Of a DNA stretch of 64,000 nucleotides, positions 19,028 through 29,585 are shown in pieces. Made by a program: the position numbers and the translations under genes. A model generated the notes under the pieces. That model worked only from the letters and a program-made list of their open reading frames with translations, was not told where the DNA came from and made no database searches. The stretch covers positions 37,675-101,674 of the IMG/VR virus record IMGVR_UViG_3300005613_000015; one strand, written 5' to 3'. This DNA comes from a virus. Position 1 is the first letter of the stretch. Each line of letters starts with the position of its first letter.

Positions 19028-20608
19028 ATGCTAAATAAACAAACATCGAAAACTCTAGTTGATAAGTGGAGTCCGATTCTTGAAGGTGTTAATGACTCGT
19101 ACACTCGCGAGACAACTGCCGTCCTCCTTGAGAACCAAGCTCGTCATATCTTGAACGAGGCTCAAAAGGATGGTATGCTCTCCGAGGCTACTCCCGGTCA
19201 GGGTCCAACCACAGTTGGTTCCATTGGTACTTTCCAGAAGTTCGCCTTCCCTCTCGTTCGTCGGGTTTTTCCCGAATTAATTGCTAACAGGGTTGTTGGC
19301 GTTCAGCCCATGCAAGGGCCTGTCTCGCAAATCTTCTACCTAGGCTACGACCGTCTTACCGACTCGCGCCGTGAGACCGTCTACGGTAAGTATGACCTTA
19401 CCTACGGCCAGAATGCTTATGGAGACGCCTCTGCTCAGTGGGCTGGTGCTTCTAGCCTCGACACAATGGTTGCTAACTCAAGCCTTTCTACCGTAACTGT
19501 TGATGCTCCCAGCGCAACTCTCGGTGGTGAGATTGCTGGGTTCCCGACTTCTGGTATCCACGTTGGCTTTGATGTCTCCACTGGTGAGGTTCTTGGTAAG
19601 GTTGTCAGTCCAAATTTCTCTGACGCTACTGCTATCGGTGACATTACTGGGTTTGATGCTACTCCAAACGGCGTCATTCCTGAGATTAACTTCCACATCG
19701 AGCAGCAGCCCGTAACCGCACAGACTCGTAAGTTCCGTGCCCTTTGGACTCTTGAAGCTGCTCAAGACCTTCGTGCTTATCACAACCTTGACCTTGAGCG
19801 TGAACTTACTGACCTTCTTGGTAAGGAAGTTGCTCTTGAGATTGACCGTGAGCTTATCGAAGATATGCGCGGCATCGCTTATGATTCCTCTGGTGCGGTT
19901 TGGCAGCGCAAGATGATGGACATGCCTAACAGCAACAACTTTACTGGTGCTGGTCGCAACGGTGCTTTTGACCCAGGCCAATTCCTGTATGATGTAACTG
20001 GTTCCACGTCTGTAACCGGACAAGGCGGCGGTCAATGGGGTACTCGTAGTAACGTTTACTTCGTAGACTTCGCTTCGACTGCTCTTAACCTTGCTCCTCG
20101 CCACGTTGGTCAGGCTTACGCAAACCTCCTTGCTACCCTGAACTTCGCTTCGCAGGATATCTACAAGACGACCTACCGTGGTGCTGGTAACTACCTTATC
20201 ACCTCGCCCTTCATGGCCGCTATTCTTAACTCGGCTTCGAAGCTCGAAGGCGGTGTGAAGGCTGGTAACTGGGAAGGTCAGCTTGGCGCTAACATCAACT
20301 ACGCTGGTAAACTCCAGGGCATGTTCGATGTTTACGTTGACCCGCTCTATCCTGACGATGAGATTCTCATGGGTTACAAGGGCAGCTCGCCTATGGACGC
20401 TGGCTTCGTGTACGCCCCGTACATCCCGCTCCAGATGCTTCCCACTGTTACCGACCCTGAGACCTTCCAGCCCCGTAAGGGTCTGCTTACCCGCTACGGC
20501 AAGGCTGCTGTGTCTCCCGAGTCCCGCTTCTTCCGTGTCATCCGAGTTGTCGGTGCTGGTAGCAACTTCCTCTTCCGTCCTGGTGCTGTTGGGCGAGCTA
20601 ACGCCTGA
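19028..20608 (+). CDS. gp23: Major capsid protein (T4 gp23-like)
   Basis: Motifs KWSPILEG, TAVLLENQ, LVRRVFPELIA, GVQPMQGP, RKFRALWTLEAAQDLRAYH, EIDRE, YAPYIPL and FQPRKGLLTRYG. Confidence 0.97.
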   Translation: MLNKQTSKTLVDKWSPILEGVNDSYTRETTAVLLENQARHILNEAQKDGMLSEATPGQGPTTVGSIGTFQKFAFPLVRRVFPELIANRVVGVQPMQGPVSQIFYLGYDRLTDSRRETVYGKYDLTYGQNAYGDASAQWAGASSLDTMVANSSLSTVTVDAPSATLGGEIAGFPTSGIHVGFDVSTGEVLGKVVSPNFSDATAIGDITGFDATPNGVIPEINFHIEQQPVTAQTRKFRALWTLEAAQDLRAYHNLDLERELTDLLGKEVALEIDRELIEDMRGIAYDSSGAVWQRKMMDMPNSNNFTGAGRNGAFDPGQFLYDVTGSTSVTGQGGGQWGTRSNVYFVDFASTALNLAPRHVGQAYANLLATLNFASQDIYKTTYRGAGNYLITSPFMAAILNSASKLEGGVKAGNWEGQLGANINYAGKLQGMFDVYVDPLYPDDEILMGYKGSSPMDAGFVYAPYIPLQMLPTVTDPETFQPRKGLLTRYGKAAVSPESRFFRVIRVVGAGSNFLFRPGAVGRANA

Positions 20609-20627
20609 TAAATAACCTAAATTAAAT

Positions 20628-20666
20628 AAGAGAGCCGTGCTTTTTCGAGTGCGGCTCTCTTTGTTT
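20628..20666 (+). terminator. Rho-independent terminator after the capsid gene
   Basis: Stem AAGAGAGCCG...CGGCTCTCTT followed by TGTTT. Confidence 0.75.
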
Positions 20667-20691
20667 GTCTATATACATTAGAGGTGATATT

Positions 20692-20955
20692 ATGCTTTTA
20701 AAGAATACAGGACATAGTTCCGTTTTTGTTCAATTTACTGGTAGTCGAATTATTTTAGGTCCCGGCCAAACTGCCGAGGTAGACGCTAAGGCGATTGTAG
20801 GTCTTCCTCCTGGAGTTGTGGAGGTAGTTGAATCTGTTGAAGTTACTACTACTACCATTATGTGTAGTACAGAGGCCGAAACAACCGTCACAGAAGAACA
20901 AGAAGTTACAACTACAAAAAAACGACACATAAAAAAAACTACTTCAGAGGAGTAA
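20692..20955 (+). CDS. Small Thr-rich hypothetical protein
   Basis: SD GAGGTG precedes ATG 20692 and a CTATATA motif lies upstream. The C-term is T/E-rich. Confidence 0.6.
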   Translation: MLLKNTGHSSVFVQFTGSRIILGPGQTAEVDAKAIVGLPPGVVEVVESVEVTTTTIMCSTEAETTVTEEQEVTTTKKRHIKKTTSEE

Positions 20956-20960
20956 GTTAA

Positions 20961-21836
20961 ATGTCATTCAGGGCAGTAAAACCTCAAACACGGTACGGTA
21001 ACACTTTCGGCTCTGTCAGCGGAAGTTATGCAGTATTAGAGGACTGGGATTATCCCGGCGATATAGAATACGGCCAACTTAATCGACGTAGATTCCGAAA
21101 TCAAACTTACTTTACTGAGTTTTATGAGATTGTAAAAGATTTTGTTCTTGCTCGTCTTGGATTTCCTGTTGTTCGTGTAGAGCTTACAGACTTTCAAATT
21201 CAGACTGCTATTGATGAGGCAGTATCAAAGTTAGATTATCATGCTCCTGACTGGTGCTCTCAGTTCTGCACCTTTGCAACATCTGCTGGAATTTCTCTTT
21301 ATGAGTTACCTCAAGTTGTCGCAAATAACTTTAGGGGTGCTGTGTATCGTAAAAACCTTCTTAGTGTTGCGCAGTCAAACGGAACACTAGAATTTGATTT
21401 CTTCATCAAATACTTTCAAGATAACTTCTTGTTTAGAGACTTTTCTATTGGAGATTATTACCTTACTATCTCTCATTTAGAAATGGTACGAAAGATACTT
21501 GGAAATGACGGAACCTTTAATTTAATTAACGGCAACTTACTTAATATTTCCCCTACACCAACTGCTGTTTATGATGAAGTTGTTGTTGAGTTCAAAGCAA
21601 TTGACACAAATACGCTTCATCCTTACTTTGTAAGCTGGATTCAAAAATATAGCCTTGCCATATGTAAAGTTATTCTAGGACAAATTCGCGGGAAGTATCA
21701 GACACTCCCCTCCCCTGGAGGCGGCGCTCAACTAAACGGAGAGGCTCTGATTACACAAGGAACTGATGAACAAGAAAAACTTGTTGAAGCCTTGTTAACC
21801 GAAATTGAAGAGCCGCCTGCATTTAGTACCTTCTAA
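20961..21836 (+). CDS. gp13: Neck protein (gp13-like)
   Basis: Motifs LARLGFPVVRVELTD.QI..AIDEA, WIQKYSLA..K.ILGQIRGKY and PGGGAQLNG. Confidence 0.85.
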   Translation: MSFRAVKPQTRYGNTFGSVSGSYAVLEDWDYPGDIEYGQLNRRRFRNQTYFTEFYEIVKDFVLARLGFPVVRVELTDFQIQTAIDEAVSKLDYHAPDWCSQFCTFATSAGISLYELPQVVANNFRGAVYRKNLLSVAQSNGTLEFDFFIKYFQDNFLFRDFSIGDYYLTISHLEMVRKILGNDGTFNLINGNLLNISPTPTAVYDEVVVEFKAIDTNTLHPYFVSWIQKYSLAICKVILGQIRGKYQTLPSPGGGAQLNGEALITQGTDEQEKLVEALLTEIEEPPAFSTF

Positions 21837-22390
21837 TGGCTGACCGTAAACAGTTCAGAACTTCTCATAAGATTGTAGGCGATACGGCTGAGCAGTTTAA
21901 TGATTTGCTAAATCTTTATGATTTAGATAATCCTGATATTGAACTGTTTAATTTGGTTGACGATGAACTTATTCGCTTAGGCGGCTCTAAAATTTTACTA
22001 TACAAATTTTTTCGTACAGACGGTATGGCTGATGATTTGTATGGAGAGGCGTCTCAAAAAGTTATATCGAATGAGCCGATTGTTCTTCAAGGCCACTACG
22101 AGCCTCAAGCCCTCGAAGAAAATTTAACTGAATTTGGTATTGAAATTACCAGCGAGCAGATATTTACATTCAATAAGAGTTATTTAGAAAAGCTCGTTGG
22201 CCGTCCTCTTATTCCTGGAGATATTCTTCAACCAGACTTTCAAAATCTAAAGTACGAGGTTTTTGAGGTTCAAGAAGACCAGTTCGATGTATACGGTGTT
22301 TACCACCTAACCTGTGCCGCCAGAGTCCTTCGCGATGATGAGGATATTACAAGAGCAGAGGAGTCCTTTCCTCAAGATGAGGTGTTCTGA
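21836..22390 (+). CDS. gp14: Neck/head-closure protein (gp14-like)
   Basis: Motifs DDLYGE, LTEFGIE and P..GDIL....YEVFEV. Synteny with gp13 and gp15. Confidence 0.8.
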   Translation: MADRKQFRTSHKIVGDTAEQFNDLLNLYDLDNPDIELFNLVDDELIRLGGSKILLYKFFRTDGMADDLYGEASQKVISNEPIVLQGHYEPQALEENLTEFGIEITSEQIFTFNKSYLEKLVGRPLIPGDILQPDFQNLKYEVFEVQEDQFDVYGVYHLTCAARVLRDDEDITRAEESFPQDEVF

Positions 22391-23178
22391 TGGCTGGGGC
22401 ATTATGGACAATTGATGATATTCGACGCGAGATTGAAAAGCTCGAATCATCCGCAAGTTTTCAAAAACCTGATTTCTATCGTATCTTTACTAGACGACTG
22501 AAAGAAATATTTAGTAGCTTTAAAGTTCTAAAGGGAGATGATACAGTACGGGAGGTAGAGATTATCTACGCTAATCCAGAGCGAGCAGTTGCTAAAATTG
22601 TCGAGGGTAAAACGCAGAATCTACCGTTGCTGTCGTTGCAGCTAGATGGAGTTTCTATTGATACTGCTAGACAGAAACCGATGGAGGCTCTTGTAGAGCG
22701 CAAGTTTTGGATACCTGAAAAACAACGAGCTATTCGATACATGGCTCTTGCACCTGTAGCAGCAAATCTAGGGTTTGTTTTAAACGTTTGGGGTAAGTAC
22801 GTAGAGGAGGTTAACCAGCTTACAGAGCAGATTATACTTCAGTTCCGCCCTAATCTAAGAGTTGATATTCGTGAGGATGAAGTTTATCAAGCTTACCTTA
22901 AAGATGTTTCAGACTCCTCTAACATGTCTGTAGGCGACCGTCAGGACAGGATTATTAAACGACAACTCAGATTTGAAGTTCAATCGTATATTCCCAGTAA
23001 AGTATTTAGATTTACTAATACTGGTGAGATACAGCTTATGAATTTTGAAGTGTACTTAGATGAAACTGCCGGTCTTGTACCTTTGGAAAGCTATCTTGCT
23101 GGGGGTGGCAGAGATTTTCAGTTAAATCAGATACCAAATAGGGGTTCGGGTATTACAACGATTACTGAAGAATCTTAA
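22390..23178 (+). CDS. gp15: Tail sheath stabiliser/terminator (gp15-like)
   Basis: Motifs V.IIYANPE, LPLLSL, PV..NLGF.L.VW and QLTEQIILQFRP. Synteny supports the call. Confidence 0.75.
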   Translation: MAGALWTIDDIRREIEKLESSASFQKPDFYRIFTRRLKEIFSSFKVLKGDDTVREVEIIYANPERAVAKIVEGKTQNLPLLSLQLDGVSIDTARQKPMEALVERKFWIPEKQRAIRYMALAPVAANLGFVLNVWGKYVEEVNQLTEQIILQFRPNLRVDIREDEVYQAYLKDVSDSSNMSVGDRQDRIIKRQLRFEVQSYIPSKVFRFTNTGEIQLMNFEVYLDETAGLVPLESYLAGGGRDFQLNQIPNRGSGITTITEES

Positions 23179-23248
23179 CAAACAACTTCAAAAAAACTAA
23201 TGGTTTTACGCTGCACCCTGTCTAAATACAATAGAGAGGATTAATCCA

Positions 23249-23437
23249 TTGACCGCTTATAAAAGAATTAAAAATCTGACCCACCAAGGTCTTGAAATTA
23301 TCACGAAACTTCCTTCGGGGCAATATGACCATATTTGGTTGGCCTCAAAGAAATCGGTTATTGTACCTGCTGACTCGATTACCGACCTTATTCGCGTTGC
23401 CGAGCAGCGACAAATGGTAAAAATCTCGAACGCCTAA
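23249..23437 (+). CDS. Small hypothetical protein
   Basis: SD GAGAGGA precedes a TTG start, and CTAAATA lies upstream. Confidence 0.55.
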   Translation: MTAYKRIKNLTHQGLEIITKLPSGQYDHIWLASKKSVIVPADSITDLIRVAEQRQMVKISNA

Positions 23438-23451
23438 TAGGAGAATAAAAC

Positions 23452-25653
23452 ATGCCCGCATATGTAAGCCCCGGAGTATATGTAATTGAAAAGGACTGGT
23501 CTGATTATACGCCGTCCCTCAACGCAACCAACGTTGGTATTATGGGATTCGCATCTCAAGGACCAGCAGGGGTAGCTACTCTAATCACAAACGCCGACCA
23601 ACTTATTCAAACCTTTGGCCGTCCTGAAGATGCTGAAGGTGGTCAAGGTTTAATCGGCGCTTATCACATTCTTGACCGTACAAATACGGTATACTTTACG
23701 AGAGTTGTTACCTCTAGTGCAACGGTAGCTGATGCTGCGGTTAAGATTGGTACATGTCCCGATGTGTCCCCATCCGCAGGACTTAGCGAGAATAATCACT
23801 ATCTTTTCATGGCAACTGTTAAAAATTCGGCTGGTGTTACGGTCACAACCGACCCGCTGATTTTTAACGTAACTCCCGCTTCTGCTAACGCCTTATGGAT
23901 TGGTGGTGCGGATGCCGTGCTGGCTACTGTCAACTCAAGGACAACTCCAAGCTCACCAATCTCTTTCCTTCGCGATACCTCGTCTACAGGGCGGTTTATA
24001 GGTTCTTACGCAGGTTCGGGTGCGGAACTTACCATGTACGCATGGTCTTCGACATCAAGCTTCCCGACTCTTCCTATAGGAACCACGAATGTAGATGTTA
24101 CTGCTTTTTCTGGCTCTAATGCAGCTTTATCGGCTACTGGGGGTAATGTTACTTTAAAGCCGTCTACTGGTAGTGGTTATGGTACTCCGGGGTCTGGTGT
24201 TACTGCCTCTGCCGTAACTATGGACTCGACAAGTCTAAGCGGCGGGGCTTATGTAACACGAACACTTTATCCCGGCGCTGGATACAATTACTCTGCAAGT
24301 ATAGAAACTTACGGATTAAAGACTACAGGGCTTCAAGATGTTGTTACGGCGAATCAAGCAGATAGGACTGAGTTTGTACTGAATAAAGGTGGCGGTGCCG
24401 AAGAAAGCTATGTTGTAAACTTAGTTAGCCCCGCCGCAGGTACGGACATTAGCCCTTCAAGCGTTATCAATAGTACGACTGACGCAACAAACAAAACTTC
24501 TGATTACATTGTGGGTGAGTTTGCTATTGACAACGCCGATAGAGATGATGTTGCCTGGACTCTACCTCCTAGATGGGGTAATGCTATGGCCGGTGATACT
24601 CTAAGTGCTGGAACCTTTATCGACTCGGCTGGAGCCTCTGCTAGTCTCGACTTTTCCGCTGTTAAGCTTATTAAACTTGTTGATGGTACTTACAACTTTG
24701 CAGGTGGTGTAAATGGAGACCTTGGAGATGGCTCTAAAACTTTCTCTGATGCCGAAGTAAAAGCTGCATTCATCGGTAATGCTGCTGACGGAAACGGTGT
24801 CTACTCCTACCTGAAAGAAGATGTTGATATCTCTCTACTTGCTATTCCTGGAGTTACAGAACAAAATATTGTGAACAATGCAATCTCGATTGCAGCAGAT
24901 TCACAAGAGTTCTTGGTTGTAACTAACCCTCCAATTGGTATTACCAACCCTCAAACTGCTATCGCCTGGTCGAATGGTACTGCCGAAGGTAGAACAGCCG
25001 CCCTCAACAACTCATACGCTTGTGTGTACTGGCCTTGGGTAAAGCTCTTCAACCCTTTCACTCAGATTGACGAGTACGTCTCACCAGACATCTTCGCTAT
25101 TCGCCAGATGGCTTTTACAGACGCTACTTTCGACGCTTGGTTTGCTCCTGCTGGCCTTGTGCGAGGTAGACTTACCAAGCCTGTCGATGTTGAAGTTGTC
25201 CTTACCAAAGGTGATAGAGACGCTCTCTATGGCCCAGGAAACGTAATCAACCCCGTTCAAAAATTCCTCACGGACGGTATCGTCCTGTGGGGCCAGCGAA
25301 CTACTCAAAGAACCGCCACGGCTCTTGATAGAATCAACGTTCGCCGTCTTATGATTGTAATTCGCAAGATGCTTCTGGCTTCTACTCGCCAGTTCGTCTT
25401 CGAGCCCAACGACGCTGCAACCTGGAAGCGAATCACGAACGCTGTCGAGCCTCTCATGGCTGACATCAAGAGTCGTAGAGGGGTTGTGGATTTCAAGGTT
25501 ATCTGTGATTCGAGTACCAACACACCAATTCGTATCGACCGAAACGAGCTTTGGTGCAAGGTAATTCTTCAGCCTACAAAGGCTGCGGAAGTTATCGTCT
25601 TCGAACTTAACCTAACAAGCGCAACCTTGGGAACTGACCTACCCACTGCTTAA
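23452..25653 (+). CDS. gp18: Contractile tail sheath protein (gp18-like)
   Basis: Motifs YVSPGVYVIEKD, FGRP, YWPWVK, WFAPAGLVRG, RDALY, INPV, WGQRT, LDRINVRRL and FEPND. Confidence 0.97.
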   Translation: MPAYVSPGVYVIEKDWSDYTPSLNATNVGIMGFASQGPAGVATLITNADQLIQTFGRPEDAEGGQGLIGAYHILDRTNTVYFTRVVTSSATVADAAVKIGTCPDVSPSAGLSENNHYLFMATVKNSAGVTVTTDPLIFNVTPASANALWIGGADAVLATVNSRTTPSSPISFLRDTSSTGRFIGSYAGSGAELTMYAWSSTSSFPTLPIGTTNVDVTAFSGSNAALSATGGNVTLKPSTGSGYGTPGSGVTASAVTMDSTSLSGGAYVTRTLYPGAGYNYSASIETYGLKTTGLQDVVTANQADRTEFVLNKGGGAEESYVVNLVSPAAGTDISPSSVINSTTDATNKTSDYIVGEFAIDNADRDDVAWTLPPRWGNAMAGDTLSAGTFIDSAGASASLDFSAVKLIKLVDGTYNFAGGVNGDLGDGSKTFSDAEVKAAFIGNAADGNGVYSYLKEDVDISLLAIPGVTEQNIVNNAISIAADSQEFLVVTNPPIGITNPQTAIAWSNGTAEGRTAALNNSYACVYWPWVKLFNPFTQIDEYVSPDIFAIRQMAFTDATFDAWFAPAGLVRGRLTKPVDVEVVLTKGDRDALYGPGNVINPVQKFLTDGIVLWGQRTTQRTATALDRINVRRLMIVIRKMLLASTRQFVFEPNDAATWKRITNAVEPLMADIKSRRGVVDFKVICDSSTNTPIRIDRNELWCKVILQPTKAAEVIVFELNLTSATLGTDLPTA

Positions 25654-25683
25654 TGCTATATAAAATAGGAGAACATAAAACCA

Positions 25684-26361
25684 ATGGTTAATGTAGACTT
25701 ACAAGACTTCTTTGGCGAAACAGGGCGTGTCCTTGATGTCGCTGGCGTTACCGGGGGTACGGAACTGTTTCACAGATACGACTCCTACCGAGCTTACAGT
25801 TGGCTCATTCGTATCAACGGTCTCGGCGGTGTTGTAGGCAGTATCTTATCGAATACTGGTCTTACAAGCCCTGATAACGTGCTAACTCTCGCGGCCAAAC
25901 AAGTTGGTCAGATTGGTTACAACGTTGAAGATATCATGGTAGACCGTGTGAACGATAAGTTTTACTACCCAGGTAGACCTTCAACTGAGGAGACAGTAAT
26001 TACGTTCGACAACCTTCTTAAAGGTGATGCTGCTAAGGCTCTTTTTAACTGGATGCGAACCACTTACGACCCGATTACTGGTACTCACTCTTCTTCGGTT
26101 CAATCTAATATCGCTGGGCAGATTATCTCTGGTGGTGGCGGTTTCAAGCGTACAATTGATGTTGTTCTTCTAGACAACAACCGCAAGCCACAGTTTGTCG
26201 CTCGAATGTACGGCGCTTACTGTAAGAACTGGCGACTTGCAGAATTCAACTACTCGGCTAACGAATTCCACTCTATCGAGTGTACGGTTCGTTACGACAT
26301 GGTTGGTTACTTCCGCAACGGTGATAACGCCTTCGAAGATATCCTGAACCCAGTCGGCTGA
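25684..26361 (+). CDS. gp19: Tail tube protein (gp19-like)
   Basis: Directly follows the sheath gene. Motifs KFYYPGR...ITFDN, FNWM and YGAY.......FNYS..EF..IECTVRYD. Confidence 0.8.
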   Translation: MVNVDLQDFFGETGRVLDVAGVTGGTELFHRYDSYRAYSWLIRINGLGGVVGSILSNTGLTSPDNVLTLAAKQVGQIGYNVEDIMVDRVNDKFYYPGRPSTEETVITFDNLLKGDAAKALFNWMRTTYDPITGTHSSSVQSNIAGQIISGGGGFKRTIDVVLLDNNRKPQFVARMYGAYCKNWRLAEFNYSANEFHSIECTVRYDMVGYFRNGDNAFEDILNPVG

Positions 26362-26382
26362 TTTTTTAACTGAATAGACTAT

Positions 26383-26420
26383 AAGATAGCTCCTAAATAT
26401 AATAGGAGCTATCTTTTTTT
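26383..26420 (+). terminator. Terminator hairpin containing a late-promoter-like CTAAATA
   Basis: Perfect 13-bp stem AAGATAGCTCCTA/TAGGAGCTATCTT followed by a T run. Confidence 0.75.
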
Positions 26421-26423
26421 GTA

Positions 26424-28721
26424 ATGTCTGTAAGCGTATTTGAAAAGCTTCTCGGGTCATACTCGGGAATGAGAAAAAGAACATGGACCCCTTCTGTGAT
26501 TTCAGAGGCGTCCGAAAAGTGGTGGGCGCAACAGTTTAGTTTGGGAGATGAGATTGACGCCCAGACTAAAATTTCGCAGTATCAGATGGCGAAAGCGAAT
26601 ATCCAGAAGGCTGGGAGTGAACAAGGAAACCTAACGCCTGACCAAGCAGCTCAACAGTTACAAACTTACGGTCAAGCTGCTGCAACAGTTAAAGGGGTGC
26701 AGGTAGTTAACCGTCAGGGACAAAAGCCAATGGCTCTGAAAAAGGATAATATTCCTGTTGTTATCCAAGCTCTAGATTCACTTATTCAAAAAGCAGGAAC
26801 AGAAAAGTCAAAAAAACCGGACTCAGATAAAAGCGAAAAAGACAAAAAAAAGGAACGTGAAGGGCTAAGCCCTATGCAGCGAGCGGAATTTTCTCCTTCA
26901 GAAAGAATAGAAATATCTCGCACTGTAGAACGTGCTTTGGGTATTGGTCCAGAAGAGGCTATGAAAATAATTGATGGTATTGAACAAACCATTAATACGC
27001 CAAGAAAAAAGACCAAGGTGGCAAAACTCTTAAGCTTAATAGGGATTGAAAAGCCAGAGTTAGTAGAAGAAGCAAAACAACAGTTAAAGAATGGTACTGG
27101 GGCTTTATTCTCTGTAATGTCCAAAGTACAACAAACCTCAGACGGTGGTTTAGTTCTCAAAGCATCAGACCTAACGAGCGCTGAGCGCGATGCTTTAAAA
27201 ATCCTCACAATTCGCAACAATGGAAATATTTTTATCGGGCGTCCAGGAGAGTATGTTGAAGAGTATAAAACTCTACAGGAAAGTGCGCAGTATGGTGATT
27301 CAAATTACGGATTTACTTTAGGCGCTCAGTTATCTCAGTTTGGTCCACTCTTACAGGAAGTTCGCTTACTTGAAGGTGATTTAGATGTAGAGAGTATGTC
27401 TAAAGAAGAGATTGAGGGTCTTCCTAAAGCCTTTCAAAGTTCAAAGTCGGGTACTGGTTCGGGTAGTAATGATGCTGTCGGTAAATTTAAAGAATATGTC
27501 GCGGAGTTAGACCTCGCGCTGAAGAGTGGAGATAAAGCAGCTATCAAAGAGGCTCGCGAAAAAGTCAAAAATGGGTTAGAAAAATTTGGCTCAATCCCTG
27601 CCGATATTACCGTGTTAGAAACTCCGTTAGATGATGAAGACTACGACGTTTTAGAATACCTAGTAAATCAAGTTAGCGAGTCCGGGGGTTTACCCGTGTT
27701 TATTAAAAATATGGTTAGAGAGCAAGTTGCGTCTGCACAAAAATTTAATGAGTCTCTCGGTATTCAACAAGGTGATGTAGTTAAGGTTGGAGCGCCTTCG
27801 CAAAGTAGCTTAATGGGAGAACGCCCAGACATTATCGCATTTGTAAGACCTGAAGCAAAACTAAACACAAACGCGCTTGGTAAAGGCGTTAAGCTACATG
27901 TTGTAACCCCTGAAGATACTGATTTAATTTCTGAGTATGGAGAAGAGATTATCGGTACTACAATGGTTAACACCAGCATTAAAGTCAAAAAAGAAGAAAA
28001 CTCTTTAACTCGGGCAGGGTCTGGCGCTGTTGCAAAAATGCTTGGAAGCGACACGGCAGAGTATGATGAGTTAAGAAATAATACATTAGATATGCTTGTT
28101 GCTGATGGAGCGTTTACACCGGAACAGAGACGTATCTCTGATAAAGCCCTTGAAAGAGATAGAGCAATCTATGAGAAGATTGACGGTAGATTATCTCGCC
28201 TAAACCCTAAAAATACAAGGGATGTTGTTTCTTTTTTACGGTCTATGGAGATTGACGAAACTACAATATCTGGACGAGAGAAGTTTCAAGCTGAAGCAAA
28301 ATCAATTGCAGAGGGTTTATCTTCTGATGACCCTGAAATGAAAAGATTAGCTACAATCAAAGTCTTCCAGCTTTATAAGATTAGAAAAGCTGCAACCTCT
28401 AGTGCTGGCAGTGATTATGCTAGGGGTGCTGTACTAAATGATGCTATTCTATCCTTCGCTGCACGCAGAGAAGAACCTCTACATATTCAATCCCCCACTA
28501 GAGATTCTATAGGAAGTAATCATACACTTATGAAAGCTTTTGCAAAAGAAGCCTTTAATCCGGATAATAATATTCGTGTAGACCCTGCTAGAAGTAATGT
28601 TACTACCCCTGATGGTAGAGTATTATTTGGTCTTAGAAGAGTTGCACGAAAGGGCAAAAATGCTGCTATTGAGTTTGAGTTAGGACACGAATCTGAACTT
28701 CGCTATATGAAATCTATTTAA
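26424..28721 (+). CDS. Large hypothetical protein, possibly an internal virion protein
   Basis: 765 aa, helical and charged. N-terminal VISE-A is a possible gp21 cleavage site, and a late motif lies upstream. Confidence 0.45.
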   Translation: MSVSVFEKLLGSYSGMRKRTWTPSVISEASEKWWAQQFSLGDEIDAQTKISQYQMAKANIQKAGSEQGNLTPDQAAQQLQTYGQAAATVKGVQVVNRQGQKPMALKKDNIPVVIQALDSLIQKAGTEKSKKPDSDKSEKDKKKEREGLSPMQRAEFSPSERIEISRTVERALGIGPEEAMKIIDGIEQTINTPRKKTKVAKLLSLIGIEKPELVEEAKQQLKNGTGALFSVMSKVQQTSDGGLVLKASDLTSAERDALKILTIRNNGNIFIGRPGEYVEEYKTLQESAQYGDSNYGFTLGAQLSQFGPLLQEVRLLEGDLDVESMSKEEIEGLPKAFQSSKSGTGSGSNDAVGKFKEYVAELDLALKSGDKAAIKEAREKVKNGLEKFGSIPADITVLETPLDDEDYDVLEYLVNQVSESGGLPVFIKNMVREQVASAQKFNESLGIQQGDVVKVGAPSQSSLMGERPDIIAFVRPEAKLNTNALGKGVKLHVVTPEDTDLISEYGEEIIGTTMVNTSIKVKKEENSLTRAGSGAVAKMLGSDTAEYDELRNNTLDMLVADGAFTPEQRRISDKALERDRAIYEKIDGRLSRLNPKNTRDVVSFLRSMEIDETTISGREKFQAEAKSIAEGLSSDDPEMKRLATIKVFQLYKIRKAATSSAGSDYARGAVLNDAILSFAARREEPLHIQSPTRDSIGSNHTLMKAFAKEAFNPDNNIRVDPARSNVTTPDGRVLFGLRRVARKGKNAAIEFELGHESELRYMKSI

Positions 28722-29223
28722 ACCAGTAATCATCTGGTTTACTTAGAACATCTTTTAGAAGATAAATGTAACAACAATTGTTGTAATAGATGTAGTTTTT
28801 TAATGAAGGAATCTTTTCTTCTACTACTACTATTTCTTTTCTTCTATTCTTCTTATAGATTACCATCCAATCTCTATTACCTGCTCTTCTAGCATCGTTC
28901 TTAGCTTGCTCGATGAACTTATGAAAGTCGCTGGAGTCCTTGAAAATATCATCAATCTCCAGGTTGTACCCATTTTTACACTCGATAGTAAATCTAAAAT
29001 TTTGTGGTGTAATCAGGTCTCCGTGGACTATAAGATGTTGTGGGAGTTGGTGGGTTGACCCGAAGGCTCCCGACCCAGGAGTTCTACTAAACTCGTTAGT
29101 TTGAAATCGCTCATTAAGAGTTTGAGCAATCTTTCTTTCGAATGTAGCTCCTTTCCTCTTACTATTAACTCTTGGCTTCTTGCCAAATTCACCGTCGTTC
29201 AGGATTTTATTCAGGTTCGACAT
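28714..29223 (-). CDS. Holliday junction resolvase (PD-(D/E)XK)
   Basis: NSKRKGATFERKIA...RTPGSGA...GDLI...IECKNG, an Hjc-like phage resolvase pattern. Confidence 0.8.
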   Translation of the reverse strand: MSNLNKILNDGEFGKKPRVNSKRKGATFERKIAQTLNERFQTNEFSRTPGSGAFGSTHQLPQHLIVHGDLITPQNFRFTIECKNGYNLEIDDIFKDSSDFHKFIEQAKNDARRAGNRDWMVIYKKNRRKEIVVVEEKIPSLKNYIYYNNCCYIYLLKDVLSKPDDYWFK

Positions 29224-29228
29224 ATTCT

Positions 29229-29585
29229 ATGAAAGTCCAAAAAAAACAATTTAAACTGAAAACTGAAGATTGGGTTTTCAAAACTAAGTCCGAAGGTAGA
29301 CGAATGAAGATTTACATTAAACTAAGCAAAGATGAATCAAACCAATGGGCAGCGATTAAGAACGCTGTAATTGGAGCGGGCAATATGTCTGATGGCGAGT
29401 TCGCTAAGATTATGTTATTCCGTGGTTTGAATGGCTTTATGAACGACCTAAACAAAGCTATGGATGAAATGTCCGAGCAAGAAAAACAGGAAGTTCTTCG
29501 TGAGGCTGGAATGGAGACGGAACTTGAACTTGATGTTCCGGTAACTGAAGATGAGAACTCTACGAGTACTGTCGCAGAAGAATGA
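29229..29585 (+). CDS. Hypothetical protein
   Basis: Open ORF. The likely start is ATG 29229 or 29304 rather than the TTG at 29172. Confidence 0.55.
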   Translation: MKVQKKQFKLKTEDWVFKTKSEGRRMKIYIKLSKDESNQWAAIKNAVIGAGNMSDGEFAKIMLFRGLNGFMNDLNKAMDEMSEQEKQEVLREAGMETELELDVPVTEDENSTSTVAEE

